A stretch of DNA of 32,000 nt, taken from contig NZ_CP011041.1 in assembly GCF_002310835.1 (NCBI RefSeq), positions 2,850,001-2,882,000 of the forward strand, written 5' to 3'. The position numbers and the translations under genes are program-made. This document shows positions 1 to 9,312 of this stretch, piece by piece. Source of the DNA: Pseudoalteromonas tetraodonis. Lineage in GTDB: Bacteria > Pseudomonadota > Gammaproteobacteria > Enterobacterales > Alteromonadaceae. The notes below the pieces were generated by a model that saw only the letters and a list, made by a program, of their open reading frames with translations, made no database searches and was not told where the DNA came from. Numbering within the stretch: position 1 is the first letter of the stretch; every line of letters starts with the position of its first letter.

Positions 1-3000
1 CTAGTTGTTTTAATAAGTCCATATTTTTAAGCGCATGTTCTGAGTCGCGCATTAAAATAGACTCTGTTATTTCAAATACAATAGCCTCGGGCGGCAGTGC
101 TGCATTGTTTAGTGCTTGGCGAATTTCAGGGACGAGTCCGATAAATTCAAAATCCAGTGCTGAGAGGTTAATTGATAGGTATAGATCAGGACACACTTTA
201 CGCCAACGAGCTAACTGCACCAAAGCACGCTTAAATGTTTGTAGCATTATTTTAGTGATTAAACCTATATTTTCAGCTACGTTTGCAAACTCTTGCGTAC
301 TCGCTAACTGATTATCAGGCCAGCGTAGTAACACCTCAAAGCCCACTGTTTTTTGCGTAGACGCATTAATAATGGGTTGATAATAATTACAAAATTCATG
401 TTCATGATAAGCTTTGATCAACTGTGATTCTAAATGCATCGCTCTTTCAACACGTTGATTCATTTCTTGTTTGTAAAACTTATAACACCCTTCCAAGCCA
501 TCTTTAGCATAATAAAGCGCCACATTTGATGCTTTCAATAGTGCTTTATAATGCGCGGCATCATCAGGGAAAATAGCCACACCAATACTTAGGTGCACAT
601 TGACGCTTTGCTGGTTCATAACGATGTCTTTACTCACGCAATCCATTAGTTTGGTGCATATAAGTAATACTTCTTCTATTTGCTGAATATCTTCAACTAG
701 AATTACAAATTCATCACCGCCTAAACGCGCGACGCTATCACAAGGACGTAATGCTGTTTTCAAGCGGTTTGCCACCAGCTTTATTATCTCATCGGCGTTT
801 TCTGTGCCAAATGAATCATTAAAATACTTAAACCGTTTTATATTAACGTGTAACAAAGCCACTTTACACTGATGGCGGCGCGCCTGATCGATGGCATGTA
901 TAGCTCTGTCGTTAAACAAGGTTCTATTTGGCAGCCCTGTAAGTGAATCGTAATTAGCCAGTATATGCAGTTCGCTCTCGGCTGACTTTTGTGCATGAAT
1001 ATCTGTTAAAATAATCACGAAACTACTCAGCCTTTGGCTTTCATCAGCTACGGCGCTTATTTTAACCAGTACATGGCGTTGCTCTTTGTTTGCCAGAACG
1101 ACAGTGTCTTCACATGAAAAATGTTCGCCCACTTCAAGCTTTTGCATAATTCTTAAATAATCAAAATAGCTACTGCGGGACATTCCCAAATTAAGCGCAC
1201 GGGTTGAACGAGGCTCTGCTGATAAGCCAAAAGCGCTTTGCAGTGATTTATTTGAGGCACGTATATTAAAGTTTTTATCTAAGATAAACACCCAATCTCG
1301 GGTTTGTTCAAACGCGGCGGTAAATAACCGTGCATGCTCTTCAAACACCCTTTCGCGTGTCATATTGGTATACGTACCGGCTACTTTTTGCGGCGTTTTT
1401 TTGTCCCATTCAACCACCTTGCCAAAATCTTTGTACCAGCGCCAATGACCTTTGGCGTGGCGTAATCGGTAGGTACAATTAAAATACCCTTTATCTGTTG
1501 ATAAAAATTCTAACCACTCCAACCTAAAAATAGCACGCTCTTGAGGGTGAATTTTTTCTAGGTAGTCATCTAAACTCACCGAGTCATCCTCGTAGCCTAA
1601 TTCGTTGACTAATCTAGGCTGATAAATATTTAACTGGCTCGCCTGCCAATCCCATACCCCGGACTCACTTCCCTCTAGTGCAAGCTTTAAACGCGCCTCA
1701 CTGTCTTGGCTTTCTTTGTGTGCTGCCAATAAGATACGCTGTATTTTGTTGCGCCTCATTACCCATGCAGTCACTATGGTGATCAATAAAATGGCATAAA
1801 GCGCTAAAAAGTATGGAGCACGCCATAGCGGATATTTCACTTTAATATTTAACGTTGCTGGCGCAGTATAGTCGCCGGTCAGTGGATCTTTTGCCCAGAC
1901 TTTTAACTGGTAACTGCCTGGGTTTAATTTAGGAAACACCACTCGATTATTTCGGGTATAACTTTTTTTACCTTTATCGAGCTGATATTCATAAATAATG
2001 CGCTCTTGGAAGCTAAATGACATCGCTGAAAATGCAATCTCAAGCCCGATATCATCATGATTTAAAGTGATATTTTTTAATGGCTGCTGTAAATTTATAG
2101 ACAAGTCCCGAGACATTAAGTTGATGCGCGTGATATTGACCTGATCTAATAAACCTTGGCTATTTTTATTGTCTTTAGGGTCAAAGTAGGTAAAACCCTT
2201 GAGGCTACCGAAGGCAATTCGACCATCCGCTAACTTAGCCATAGCGCCATTATTAAACTCAGCAGAGAGCACCCCATCTGATGTTGTAAATTGCTGAAAA
2301 TGAATTGTTTCAGGATTTAGTCGCCATATTCCTTTATGGCTACTCATCCAAATCATTCCCTCTTCATCAAGAACCATATCGTACAACAAGGTGCCTAGTT
2401 TATTTTTATCTAAATCAATTGTGTGCACTAACTCATAGGTTGTTGCATCTATACCAATCAGCCCAAAATTAGATAACGATAGCCAAAGTATGCCTTGCCC
2501 ATCTACCACGTAGGAAAGAATACTAACGGCTACATTATCATGGTGCTTAGGCACTTTATAAATGGTGTTTAAACTTAAATCATTGGGGTTAAATTGATAT
2601 AAAACGCCACCACTAAAAAATAATGGCTTCTCGGGTTGGTGCGGTAATGGGGGTAAAAAGCCATGCGCTAAAAAAGGGTCAAATTGTGCTAATTCGCCTT
2701 TTAAGTGAACTAATTGTCGGCTATCAATATTATATTTAAACATGCCATGATCTGGGTGTACAAAATACAAATCCCCGTTTGGTAGCAATGTCAGGCCATG
2801 CATCCAATCATTTAAAAAAATCTGATTGGTAGGACTGTTGGTTTTTGGTTGGGTAAGTTGCTGAGTTTGCGGGTCAAAAATGAATAATCCTCGGTTTGAG
2901 TGCAACCAGAGTTTATCTTTGTAAGGCATAATTTTGAAAATAGTAAACTCTGTGGTCAGTAAATCGACTTTATAATCTTTTAAATACACCTTTGAGCGAT

Positions 3001-4168
3001 TACTTTTTAAATCAACCGCAGTTAAACCATTGTGTGTGCCTAACCATAGCTTTTCTTGGAACTCCTTAATTGACCATACCGAATGATGTGATAAACCATC
3101 CCCAACCAGTGCATTTCCCTCTACATTATAAAACTTGTAATTGTCGCCCGATAAATAAAACGCACCATCGGTTTTAGTGGCTAGCCACATTCCGCCCGAT
3201 TTATCTTTCACCATATCAATAATACTGTTATCGGCGAGAGTGTACTTACTCTGTTGGATACGTTTATTTTTAACCACTTTTTTAGTGGTTAAATTAAAAC
3301 AAAGCAGGCCTTTATCTGTTGCTAAATCGAGCACTCCTTGCTGATTATCAATATCCCAAACATTCAAATCGGCCAGTAATTTTTGGCTTGTAAATGATTG
3401 CTCGCGGTTGTTAAACATTGCCTCTAAATTACTAATATCAACAGCGTATAAGCCCTTAACCGCACCTACAAGCAACTGATTGTTATTACCTAGCGCAAAT
3501 GATTTCACATTATTTTGATAAATATGTACATCCGTTTCGCTCAAGTGCTCGAGTGGCCTTACCTGCTGTGTTGCGATGTTAAAAACATACGCGCCGTCTG
3601 TGCTACCGATAAAAATATAACCGTTATAATGAAACAAAGTACGCACAAACGCATTTTCAAATTGCTCAGGAAGTGTAAATAAGGAGGTAATAGAGCCGTT
3701 GTCTATATCGAGTTTTGCAAACTCTCGGCCTTGTCCAATCCATAAGGTTTTATCATCGGTGGCTAACATAGTAAAAACGGACTGCTGTAGTATTTGCTCT
3801 TCTGTGACAGGTTTTTCTATGTATTGTTGGTAGGTATCCGTTTTCGGATCGTATCTGAACAAGCCTGCTAATAAGGAGGCAATCCAGATATGCCCTTGTT
3901 GGTCTTGATATATGCGATCGATGATCGCCTCTTCTAACTCACCATTAGGGCCATTGATTGGAATAACTTGATAGCCATCGTATCGGTTAAGGCCTCCCTC
4001 AGTAGAGAGCCATAAATACCCATTGTTATCAATAAGCATGGTATTAACGTAACTTTGAGATAAGCCTTCGCTTGGGGATAATCGTTTTACTTGCGCTGTT
4101 ACTTCAACGCTTATGAGCATAAACAGCACAAATATGGCTGTGATAAACCCATTAATACTCATACCCAT
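1..4168 (-). CDS. Beta-propeller (two-component-regulator-propeller / Y_Y_Y-like) sensor fused to TM, PAS, GGDEF and EAL domains. C-terminal EAL part runs off the window start (partial).
   Basis: An open minus-strand frame leaves the window, which is why it is absent from the ORF track. My translation from ATG 4168 (alternative 4162) reads MGMSINGFITAIFVLFMLISVEVTAQVKRLSPSEGLSQSYVNTMLIDNNGYLWLSTEGGLNRYDGY... The N-terminal repeats are followed by a hydrophobic TM segment (~1745-1815). Also present: GGDEF motif ARLGGDEFVI (~700-730) and EAL-domain motifs GFEVLLRW (~320-343) and FEITES (~61-78). Confidence 0.8.
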   Translation of the reverse strand, partial: MGMSINGFITAIFVLFMLISVEVTAQVKRLSPSEGLSQSYVNTMLIDNNGYLWLSTEGGLNRYDGYQVIPINGPNGELEEAIIDRIYQDQQGHIWIASLLAGLFRYDPKTDTYQQYIEKPVTEEQILQQSVFTMLATDDKTLWIGQGREFAKLDIDNGSITSLFTLPEQFENAFVRTLFHYNGYIFIGSTDGAYVFNIATQQVRPLEHLSETDVHIYQNNVKSFALGNNNQLLVGAVKGLYAVDISNLEAMFNNREQSFTSQKLLADLNVWDIDNQQGVLDLATDKGLLCFNLTTKKVVKNKRIQQSKYTLADNSIIDMVKDKSGGMWLATKTDGAFYLSGDNYKFYNVEGNALVGDGLSHHSVWSIKEFQEKLWLGTHNGLTAVDLKSNRSKVYLKDYKVDLLTTEFTIFKIMPYKDKLWLHSNRGLFIFDPQTQQLTQPKTNSPTNQIFLNDWMHGLTLLPNGDLYFVHPDHGMFKYNIDSRQLVHLKGELAQFDPFLAHGFLPPLPHQPEKPLFFSGGVLYQFNPNDLSLNTIYKVPKHHDNVAVSILSYVVDGQGILWLSLSNFGLIGIDATTYELVHTIDLDKNKLGTLLYDMVLDEEGMIWMSSHKGIWRLNPETIHFQQFTTSDGVLSAEFNNGAMAKLADGRIAFGSLKGFTYFDPKDNKNSQGLLDQVNITRINLMSRDLSINLQQPLKNITLNHDDIGLEIAFSAMSFSFQERIIYEYQLDKGKKSYTRNNRVVFPKLNPGSYQLKVWAKDPLTGDYTAPATLNIKVKYPLWRAPYFLALYAILLITIVTAWVMRRNKIQRILLAAHKESQDSEARLKLALEGSESGVWDWQASQLNIYQPRLVNELGYEDDSVSLDDYLEKIHPQERAIFRLEWLEFLSTDKGYFNCTYRLRHAKGHWRWYKDFGKVVEWDKKTPQKVAGTYTNMTRERVFEEHARLFTAAFEQTRDWVFILDKNFNIRASNKSLQSAFGLSAEPRSTRALNLGMSRSSYFDYLRIMQKLEVGEHFSCEDTVVLANKEQRHVLVKISAVADESQRLSSFVIILTDIHAQKSAESELHILANYDSLTGLPNRTLFNDRAIHAIDQARRHQCKVALLHVNIKRFKYFNDSFGTENADEIIKLVANRLKTALRPCDSVARLGGDEFVILVEDIQQIEEVLLICTKLMDCVSKDIVMNQQSVNVHLSIGVAIFPDDAAHYKALLKASNVALYYAKDGLEGCYKFYKQEMNQRVERAMHLESQLIKAYHEHEFCNYYQPIINASTQKTVGFEVLLRWPDNQLASTQEFANVAENIGLITKIMLQTFKRALVQLARWRKVCPDLYLSINLSALDFEFIGLVPEIRQALNNAALPPEAIVFEITESILMRDSEHALKNMDLLKQL

Positions 4169-4193
4169 GCTTGTCCTATTACTAATTTATGTT

Positions 4194-4604
4194 TTATTGA
4201 TATTTCAATGCGGTAATATTTCGGTGCTTATAAGCATCAAATAGCGTTAATAATGCAGGAGTATATGTTAACACTTGGTTAAAACCAAGTGCTTGATAAA
4301 AATCAGTAAGGCGTTGATAAGCAAAGGTGTAAACAGGTTCTGTTTGCGCATTTAAAAGGGCAACTAATAACTGGGTTGCCACCCCCTTTGAACGATAAGA
4401 AGGAGCCACGAACACCGTTGATAAAAATAAAAAAGTGGGCTTATTCTGTAACCGGCAGGCGGCAATAATCGTATTATTATCGTAAGCGACCCAGACTTGA
4501 TCCTGTTTGTTAGCACGGCCGCGAACGTTATGTAACGTATAAAACTTATTAACTAAGGGCGTTTTAATTGATTCTAATTGTTTAATTACAAGCATAGTAG
4601 GCAA
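4194..4604 (-). CDS. Small GNAT-family N-acetyltransferase
   Basis: 136 aa. Acetyl-CoA motif A, R-x-x-G-x-A, occurs in VAPSYRSKGVATQLL. Size and layout fit a single GNAT fold. Confidence 0.75.
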   Translation of the reverse strand: MPTMLVIKQLESIKTPLVNKFYTLHNVRGRANKQDQVWVAYDNNTIIAACRLQNKPTFLFLSTVFVAPSYRSKGVATQLLVALLNAQTEPVYTFAYQRLTDFYQALGFNQVLTYTPALLTLFDAYKHRNITALKYQ

Positions 4605-4607
4605 ACC

Positions 4608-4817
4608 CTAGCTAAGCATAATTGCCAAATACTGCTCAAATTTTTGTTTTAAAACACCTTGCTCTGCAACAGGACGACTATGCAGAGTGTCGTACACTTG
4701 CTCACGCGTTTTTTTACCGCGCTTAATTTGATAAGCCCAAAATGAGGCCTCGTAATCTAACTGAATTTGATACTTTTGCTCTCGCGGCAAGTCACACAGA
4801 TTAAAACTCATATTCAC
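4608..4817 (-). CDS. Hypothetical small protein (69 aa), 3 nt upstream of the GNAT gene
   Basis: ORF tightly coupled to the downstream GNAT gene. A GGAG-like sequence (ttggagtgaatATG) precedes the start. I recognise no motif. Confidence 0.45.
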   Translation of the reverse strand: MNMSFNLCDLPREQKYQIQLDYEASFWAYQIKRGKKTREQVYDTLHSRPVAEQGVLKQKFEQYLAIMLS

Positions 4818-5073
4818 TCCAATTTTTAGGGGCTATAAACTTATTGTTGCCTGCATGAATACAGGTAAGGGCCGTGAGCAGCACACGGAGGCTTTAACTA
4901 GCCCACTAGGTAAACAAGTCGCGCCGAGGGCCCCTAGTTTGAACAAATTTTCATCCGCAAAGGTCAACAACCCCTCGCTCAATAAAACGTAGATTATACG
5001 TTTAAACTTATAAAAAACTAACTCTATAACTAATAAAAATAAGCGACTGTAAATAATTCAACGTAATCAATAA

Positions 5074-5880
5074 TTGTTGGTGGTAACTTTTGCAAGATTA
5101 CTAATGCAAACTGTGCAAAAGACAGACAATTTGTTACTATGGCTGCTTATTATCTTGCCGCAATTAATTGGAAATACTGACGTGCTTAAACGCTTTAACG
5201 GATTGCTGGTATTACTGTGCTTAGTTTTTAGTAATATGTCTTTTGCGCACAGTTATAGCTACACATTTAATCGCCCGCAAAACACTCAACAAGCAAACTA
5301 TACCATTGAGCTATTACAATTGGCCTATGCAGATATGGGCTTTAAACTAAATATTGTCGATTTTAATCGTCAAAATGCATTATTTGCAGCAGATAATGGC
5401 ATGTTAGATGGGCAGCTTGCTCGCGATATCAGTATTGAAAGTGCCTATAAAAATTTAATTCGAGTTAACTATCCACTCTTTAAATTTAACCTTGAACTTT
5501 ATAAACGCTGTGAGCCCAGCTCCACTAAAACCATAGATAGCGTTGCTATTATTTCCAGTTACCCTGTGCAACAGCGATATTTAGACAGTATTGATTTTCA
5601 AGGTAAGGTAATTGAAGTTAAAAATAATAATACGCAGCTTAACTTACTGATCCAGCAAAAAGTACAAGGAGCGTTACTTATTGATTTTGCGATGGCAAAT
5701 AAAACCATTCCTCCCTCTTTGGGCTGCTATGAAAAACAAGTAGTTGCAACCTACCCGCTTTATCATTATTTACATAACAGTCATGCGGATATTGTTCCCC
5801 AGCTAGAAGCAACACTGGATAAGTTACACAATAACGGCACAGTTGCAAAACTCAGGTCAAAATACAACCTACACTTTTAA
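5074..5880 (+). CDS. Periplasmic solute-binding-protein-like protein (family-3 SBP-like). The true start is probably downstream (ATG 5104 or GTG 5182).
   Basis: A classical signal peptide KRFNGLLVLLCLVFSNMSFA|HS begins just after GTG 5182. The mature part has the size and style of orphan amino-acid-type binding proteins. The TTG start at 5074 in the track is unlikely. Confidence 0.55.
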   Translation: MLVVTFARLLMQTVQKTDNLLLWLLIILPQLIGNTDVLKRFNGLLVLLCLVFSNMSFAHSYSYTFNRPQNTQQANYTIELLQLAYADMGFKLNIVDFNRQNALFAADNGMLDGQLARDISIESAYKNLIRVNYPLFKFNLELYKRCEPSSTKTIDSVAIISSYPVQQRYLDSIDFQGKVIEVKNNNTQLNLLIQQKVQGALLIDFAMANKTIPPSLGCYEKQVVATYPLYHYLHNSHADIVPQLEATLDKLHNNGTVAKLRSKYNLHF

Positions 5881-6122
5881 AAATCAAAACCTTGTTGATC
5901 TGCTTGCGGTGATGATTGTGCCACTTTATTTTTTTGCTGTAAGTAACGTTTATAGCGCTGCTGGCATAAACTCAATACTTTTTTCTTTTGGGAATTCGTT
6001 AACGAATTCCAAGAAAAACGTTCATCGCGACTGCGATAGCAGCCTTTGCAATAACCGCGATTATTAACTAAGCAAATACCTTTACAAGGGCTAGGAATAT
6101 CAAATATTTCAATTTGTTGCAT
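5877..6122 (-). CDS. DUF1289 (YdhL-like) Cys-motif protein
   Basis: SPCKGICLVNNRGYCKGCYRSRDERFSW matches the SPC-x-G-x-C...C-x-G-C-x-R...W signature. ATG 6122 has the strong RBS GGAGGG 4-5 nt upstream, so I prefer it to track start 6146. Its stop overlaps the convergent stop of the previous gene. Confidence 0.7.
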   Translation of the reverse strand: MQQIEIFDIPSPCKGICLVNNRGYCKGCYRSRDERFSWNSLTNSQKKKVLSLCQQRYKRYLQQKNKVAQSSPQADQQGFDF

Positions 6123-6171
6123 TTTACCCTCCGGTATTAAAAGCATAGCCTGAGTATAGCGCTATTTTTGT

Positions 6172-6204
6172 GCAAAAAAAAAGCAGCAAATAAATTGCTG
6201 CTTT
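6172..6204 (-). terminator. Rho-independent terminator downstream of the acyltransferase gene
   Basis: On the minus strand, stem aagcagcaa / ttgctgctt (6181-6189 with 6195-6203) and a 5-nt loop are followed by a run of 8-9 T (plus-strand A-run 6172-6180). Confidence 0.7.
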
Positions 6205-6225
6205 GTTGTTAGCTTAAGCTGTTAA

Positions 6226-7359
6226 TTACTGCTCACAGCTTTGTTCATCTACTTGTGTTTTTCGATGAAATGGCTTGGCATACATAGCTAAAACCAAAGC
6301 CCTTAACTCTTCTGGCACCTTGGCCAAACGTTCTTCAAACTGTGCTGCGTCATTTTTATTGATCACCGCCTCAGTGCAGCCAGCAGCAATAAAGTTGCCT
6401 GGGTGTAAGTAAAACGAATCAATAATTTGCTTATCAATGGTTTTTGCCAGTTCATCGGCACTGTCACAACCTGACTCAATGGGCTGACCAAACGATAAAT
6501 GCACATGCCCTTTGGCTGAACTAAACCCTTCAACAATGCTGGCAATATCTTCGCCCGCCGATTTAACATACTTGCCATGATGTTGTTTATGATATAGCTC
6601 TTTTGCCTTGGCAATTGCACATGGTTCGTATTGGTAAGAGATTGCAACCGGCACCACTTTGAGCTCTTTAATGTATTCGCCAAATTCTTTCTTTTGTTTA
6701 CGGCCATTAAGTTGCAACATTTTTAAAAGCGCAGGATCAGTTTGATCAACCCCATCTTTAGCGCGCCCTTCTTTTTGGGCAATCCAAATTGAGTGCCCGC
6801 TACTGAGTGAATCATAAATATAAGCCGATAACTGAGTCAGCGCTTTTAACATCTCTTTTGGGGCTTTTGCTGAGCGTTTCACAATAAAACTTTTATTTAA
6901 GCGCATAAGCTCAGTAATGTAAGGAATTTGCAGCAAGTTATCGCCAATCGCAATTCTCACTGTTTTCATTTTATGCTGGAATAAGCCCCAATTAACCAGT
7001 GCAGGATCAAGTACAATATCTCTGTGGTTTGAAACAAAAAGATAGGCTTGATTAGGGTCTAAGTCTTCTAAGCCAGAAAAAGTGACTTTTGAGGTGGTAC
7101 GTTTTATTAATTTATTTAAGTAATGTGCCACTTCATTTTGTACATCTTCAACCGTTTTAACTTTGCCCCACTTTTTGCGCAACTGATGCTTTATTATAGC
7201 GCGTGCTAAAAACCCAACTGCGGATATAAAGCGTGGCAAATTGTATTTTGCAATTACATCAATAAACGCATTATCGTTAATTAATCGCGTTAATGAGGCG
7301 GCAACTTCATCGTCATTGTAAGGTCTTATATCTGCGTACTTATCTTCTAATTCAATCAT
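6226..7359 (-). CDS. Glycerolipid acyltransferase family protein (PlsC-like, long form)
   Basis: 377 aa. Acyltransferase block I-like VSNHRDIVLDP and an EGR block (AQKEGRAKDG). The assignment rests on motifs only. Confidence 0.6.
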   Translation of the reverse strand: MIELEDKYADIRPYNDDEVAASLTRLINDNAFIDVIAKYNLPRFISAVGFLARAIIKHQLRKKWGKVKTVEDVQNEVAHYLNKLIKRTTSKVTFSGLEDLDPNQAYLFVSNHRDIVLDPALVNWGLFQHKMKTVRIAIGDNLLQIPYITELMRLNKSFIVKRSAKAPKEMLKALTQLSAYIYDSLSSGHSIWIAQKEGRAKDGVDQTDPALLKMLQLNGRKQKKEFGEYIKELKVVPVAISYQYEPCAIAKAKELYHKQHHGKYVKSAGEDIASIVEGFSSAKGHVHLSFGQPIESGCDSADELAKTIDKQIIDSFYLHPGNFIAAGCTEAVINKNDAAQFEERLAKVPEELRALVLAMYAKPFHRKTQVDEQSCEQ

Positions 7360-7799
7360 TTACTGCATCTACAAAGTTAAAAACGGCGCGTTAAAACGCC
7401 CCGCTGTGTCTGATTTTGATTATAACTCAATCAAAAATACGAAACTAGCAATACTAAAGTTCGATTTACTGAGTTTTCATAGCGTTATAGTTTAACGCCG
7501 AGCCAAGCTGTCTTGCTAACAACGCATACGTATAAACTATGGCTATTAATTATTAATTTAAATGGGTAGACCCTACTAACAGCACTTTGTTCAAGTTCAC
7601 TTAGCAAGGCAGTTGATCATAATAACATGCAAGTTAACCGTCAGTGGGCAGACCACATTTAAATATGGCTCTACAACTGCTAATGTAAACGCAATATGAT
7701 AAACCCAATAACATTCAAATAGATGATACTCTTTTTATCACAAGCACTTCGCGTACAGGGGTTATTATTCCCTTAACACATACACTATTAGGACACACC

Positions 7800-8744
7800 G
7801 TGAACATAACAATTCTTGATAACGCTACACTGGCAAACACCTCACTTGATTGTATCTCAGCACTGGGAAAGCTTACCGTGCATCAGCTAACTAGCCCAGA
7901 GCAAGTGCTAGCACATAGCCAAAATGCAGAGGTGTTAATCACCAATAAAGTAGTGATTAATCGTGACACCATGGCACAATTAACATCTCTCAAACTTATT
8001 TGTGTTAGTGCCACCGGCACCAATAATGTTGATTTAAATGCCGCGAAAGATTTAGGCATTGCGGTAACCAATGTTGCTGGTTATTCAACCCCCTCGGTTG
8101 TGCAGCACACCTTTTCGTTAATTACTAACTTATTAGGCAATACTCATCGCTACCAAGCGGACTGCCAACAAGGCGCATGGCAAAAAAGTGAAATGTTTTG
8201 TCGCCTTGATTACAGCTTTAATGACATTCAGGGTAAAACATTAGCCATTATTGGTGGGGGAACTCTGGGCAATGCTGTATCTAAAGTGGCTGAAGCCTTT
8301 GGTGCTCATGTCATTGTTGCAGAGCGCAAAGGTGCTGAGTGTCGCCAAGGACGCACGCCTTTTGAAACCGCAATAAAAACAGCGGATATTATCAGCGTAC
8401 ATTGCCCACTTAATGATGAAACGCGTGACTTAATTACGCTTAATGAATTAAAAATGATGAAACCAACTGCGCTTATTATTAACACCGCGCGCGGGGGGAT
8501 CATTAACGAAGCCGACTTAGCACAAGCCTTAAAAACCAATGTGATTGCTGGTGCAGGTGTTGACGTACTAACCAAAGAGCCTGCTGAGCACAACAATCCA
8601 CTGGCCAATTACACGGGAGATAACTTACTACTAACCCCACATATAGCGTGGGCCAGTACCGAATCTATTGTGCGCTTGGTTAAAGAAGTGAGTTTAAATA
8701 TCGCTGCATTTAGTCAACAAGAGTCGCGTAATCGCTTGGTTTAA
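7800..8744 (+). CDS. D-isomer-specific 2-hydroxyacid dehydrogenase (glycerate/hydroxypyruvate reductase-like), GTG start
   Basis: NAD fold IIGGGTLGNAV...VAER. Catalytic R/E/H context: NTARGGII, DVLTKEP, LLLTPHIAWAS. Confidence 0.8.
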   Translation: MNITILDNATLANTSLDCISALGKLTVHQLTSPEQVLAHSQNAEVLITNKVVINRDTMAQLTSLKLICVSATGTNNVDLNAAKDLGIAVTNVAGYSTPSVVQHTFSLITNLLGNTHRYQADCQQGAWQKSEMFCRLDYSFNDIQGKTLAIIGGGTLGNAVSKVAEAFGAHVIVAERKGAECRQGRTPFETAIKTADIISVHCPLNDETRDLITLNELKMMKPTALIINTARGGIINEADLAQALKTNVIAGAGVDVLTKEPAEHNNPLANYTGDNLLLTPHIAWASTESIVRLVKEVSLNIAAFSQQESRNRLV

Positions 8745-8918
8745 TGCCGTTAAATTAAGTTAGTCAAAATAACTAAAAAGTGGCTTTTTAATTTTATTTC
8801 TTAAAAAAGCCACTAACTCAAAAATCACTTTAAAAATAAGCAATTGATTTTTAAGGACTAAAAAACTGGCCTAGTCTTTGCTCTAAAGTCTGTAATTAAT
8901 CATCTAGGATAATAAAAA

Positions 8919-9299
8919 ATGAAAAAAACACTTTTAATCGCCGCCCTCACCGCTCCTTTTTTAACTGGCTGTGTTATTGCTGTATCCGATGGCGAAGCGG
9001 AAGGTCATTGGGCTGGTAATAGTTCTTCTAGCTGGCAAGCAACACATAAGAATAATCGTGAAATTATTTCAGGCTTGGCAATGGATAGCTCTTATCAGTC
9101 GGTATTAAAAACCCTAAAAACACCTGACTTCACCGAATTACTCAAAAAAGAAGAGGATGTTTACCAAGTCTTATTTTATGCAACGCACAGCATCCATTCA
9201 GATGGTAAAATGACTAAAGATGAATGCACACCGTTGGTATTTAAAAATGATAAATTAGTTGGTATTGGTGCCTCAGCACTGCAAATGCTGACAAACTAA
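8919..9299 (+). CDS. Small lipoprotein (possibly DUF3192-like)
   Basis: MKKTLLIAALTAPFLTGC carries the lipobox L-T-G-C. 126 aa. Confidence 0.65.
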   Translation: MKKTLLIAALTAPFLTGCVIAVSDGEAEGHWAGNSSSSWQATHKNNREIISGLAMDSSYQSVLKTLKTPDFTELLKKEEDVYQVLFYATHSIHSDGKMTKDECTPLVFKNDKLVGIGASALQMLTN

Positions 9300-9312
9300 G
9301 TAACTACAGCAT

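Noticed and set aside
105-311. 68-aa plus-strand ORF
   Set aside because: It lies antisense inside the EAL-domain coding region of the large minus-strand gene. It has no motif and looks like a shadow ORF.
4194-4817. Possible type II toxin-antitoxin pair (small protein + GNAT, like TacA/TacT)
   Set aside because: The small protein shows no ribbon-helix-helix/DUF1778-like N-terminus. The 136-aa GNAT is shorter than GNAT toxins and looks like a housekeeping small acetyltransferase. I cannot support the call without searches.
5843-6067. 74-aa plus-strand ORF
   Set aside because: It is almost entirely antisense to the DUF1289-like gene, whose Cys motif is convincing. There is no RBS.
6363-6707. 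114-aa minus-strand ORF in another frame of the acyltransferase gene
   Set aside because: It is nested out of frame in a longer ORF with recognisable motifs.
7360-7799. Unusually long (440 bp) intergenic region upstream of the dehydrogenase gene
   Set aside because: I looked for hairpins, promoter-terminator pairs and repeats, and found nothing beyond weak short stems. It is possibly just divergent promoter space.
7883-8608. Two minus-strand ORFs (62 and 100 aa) inside the dehydrogenase gene
   Set aside because: These are antisense shadow ORFs. The plus-strand frame carries the NAD-binding and catalytic motifs.
8775-8815. Hairpin aagtggctttttaa / ttaaaaaagccact after the dehydrogenase gene
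   Set aside because: The A/T-rich stem has a bulge and no T-run on the plus strand, so it is too weak to call a terminator with confidence.
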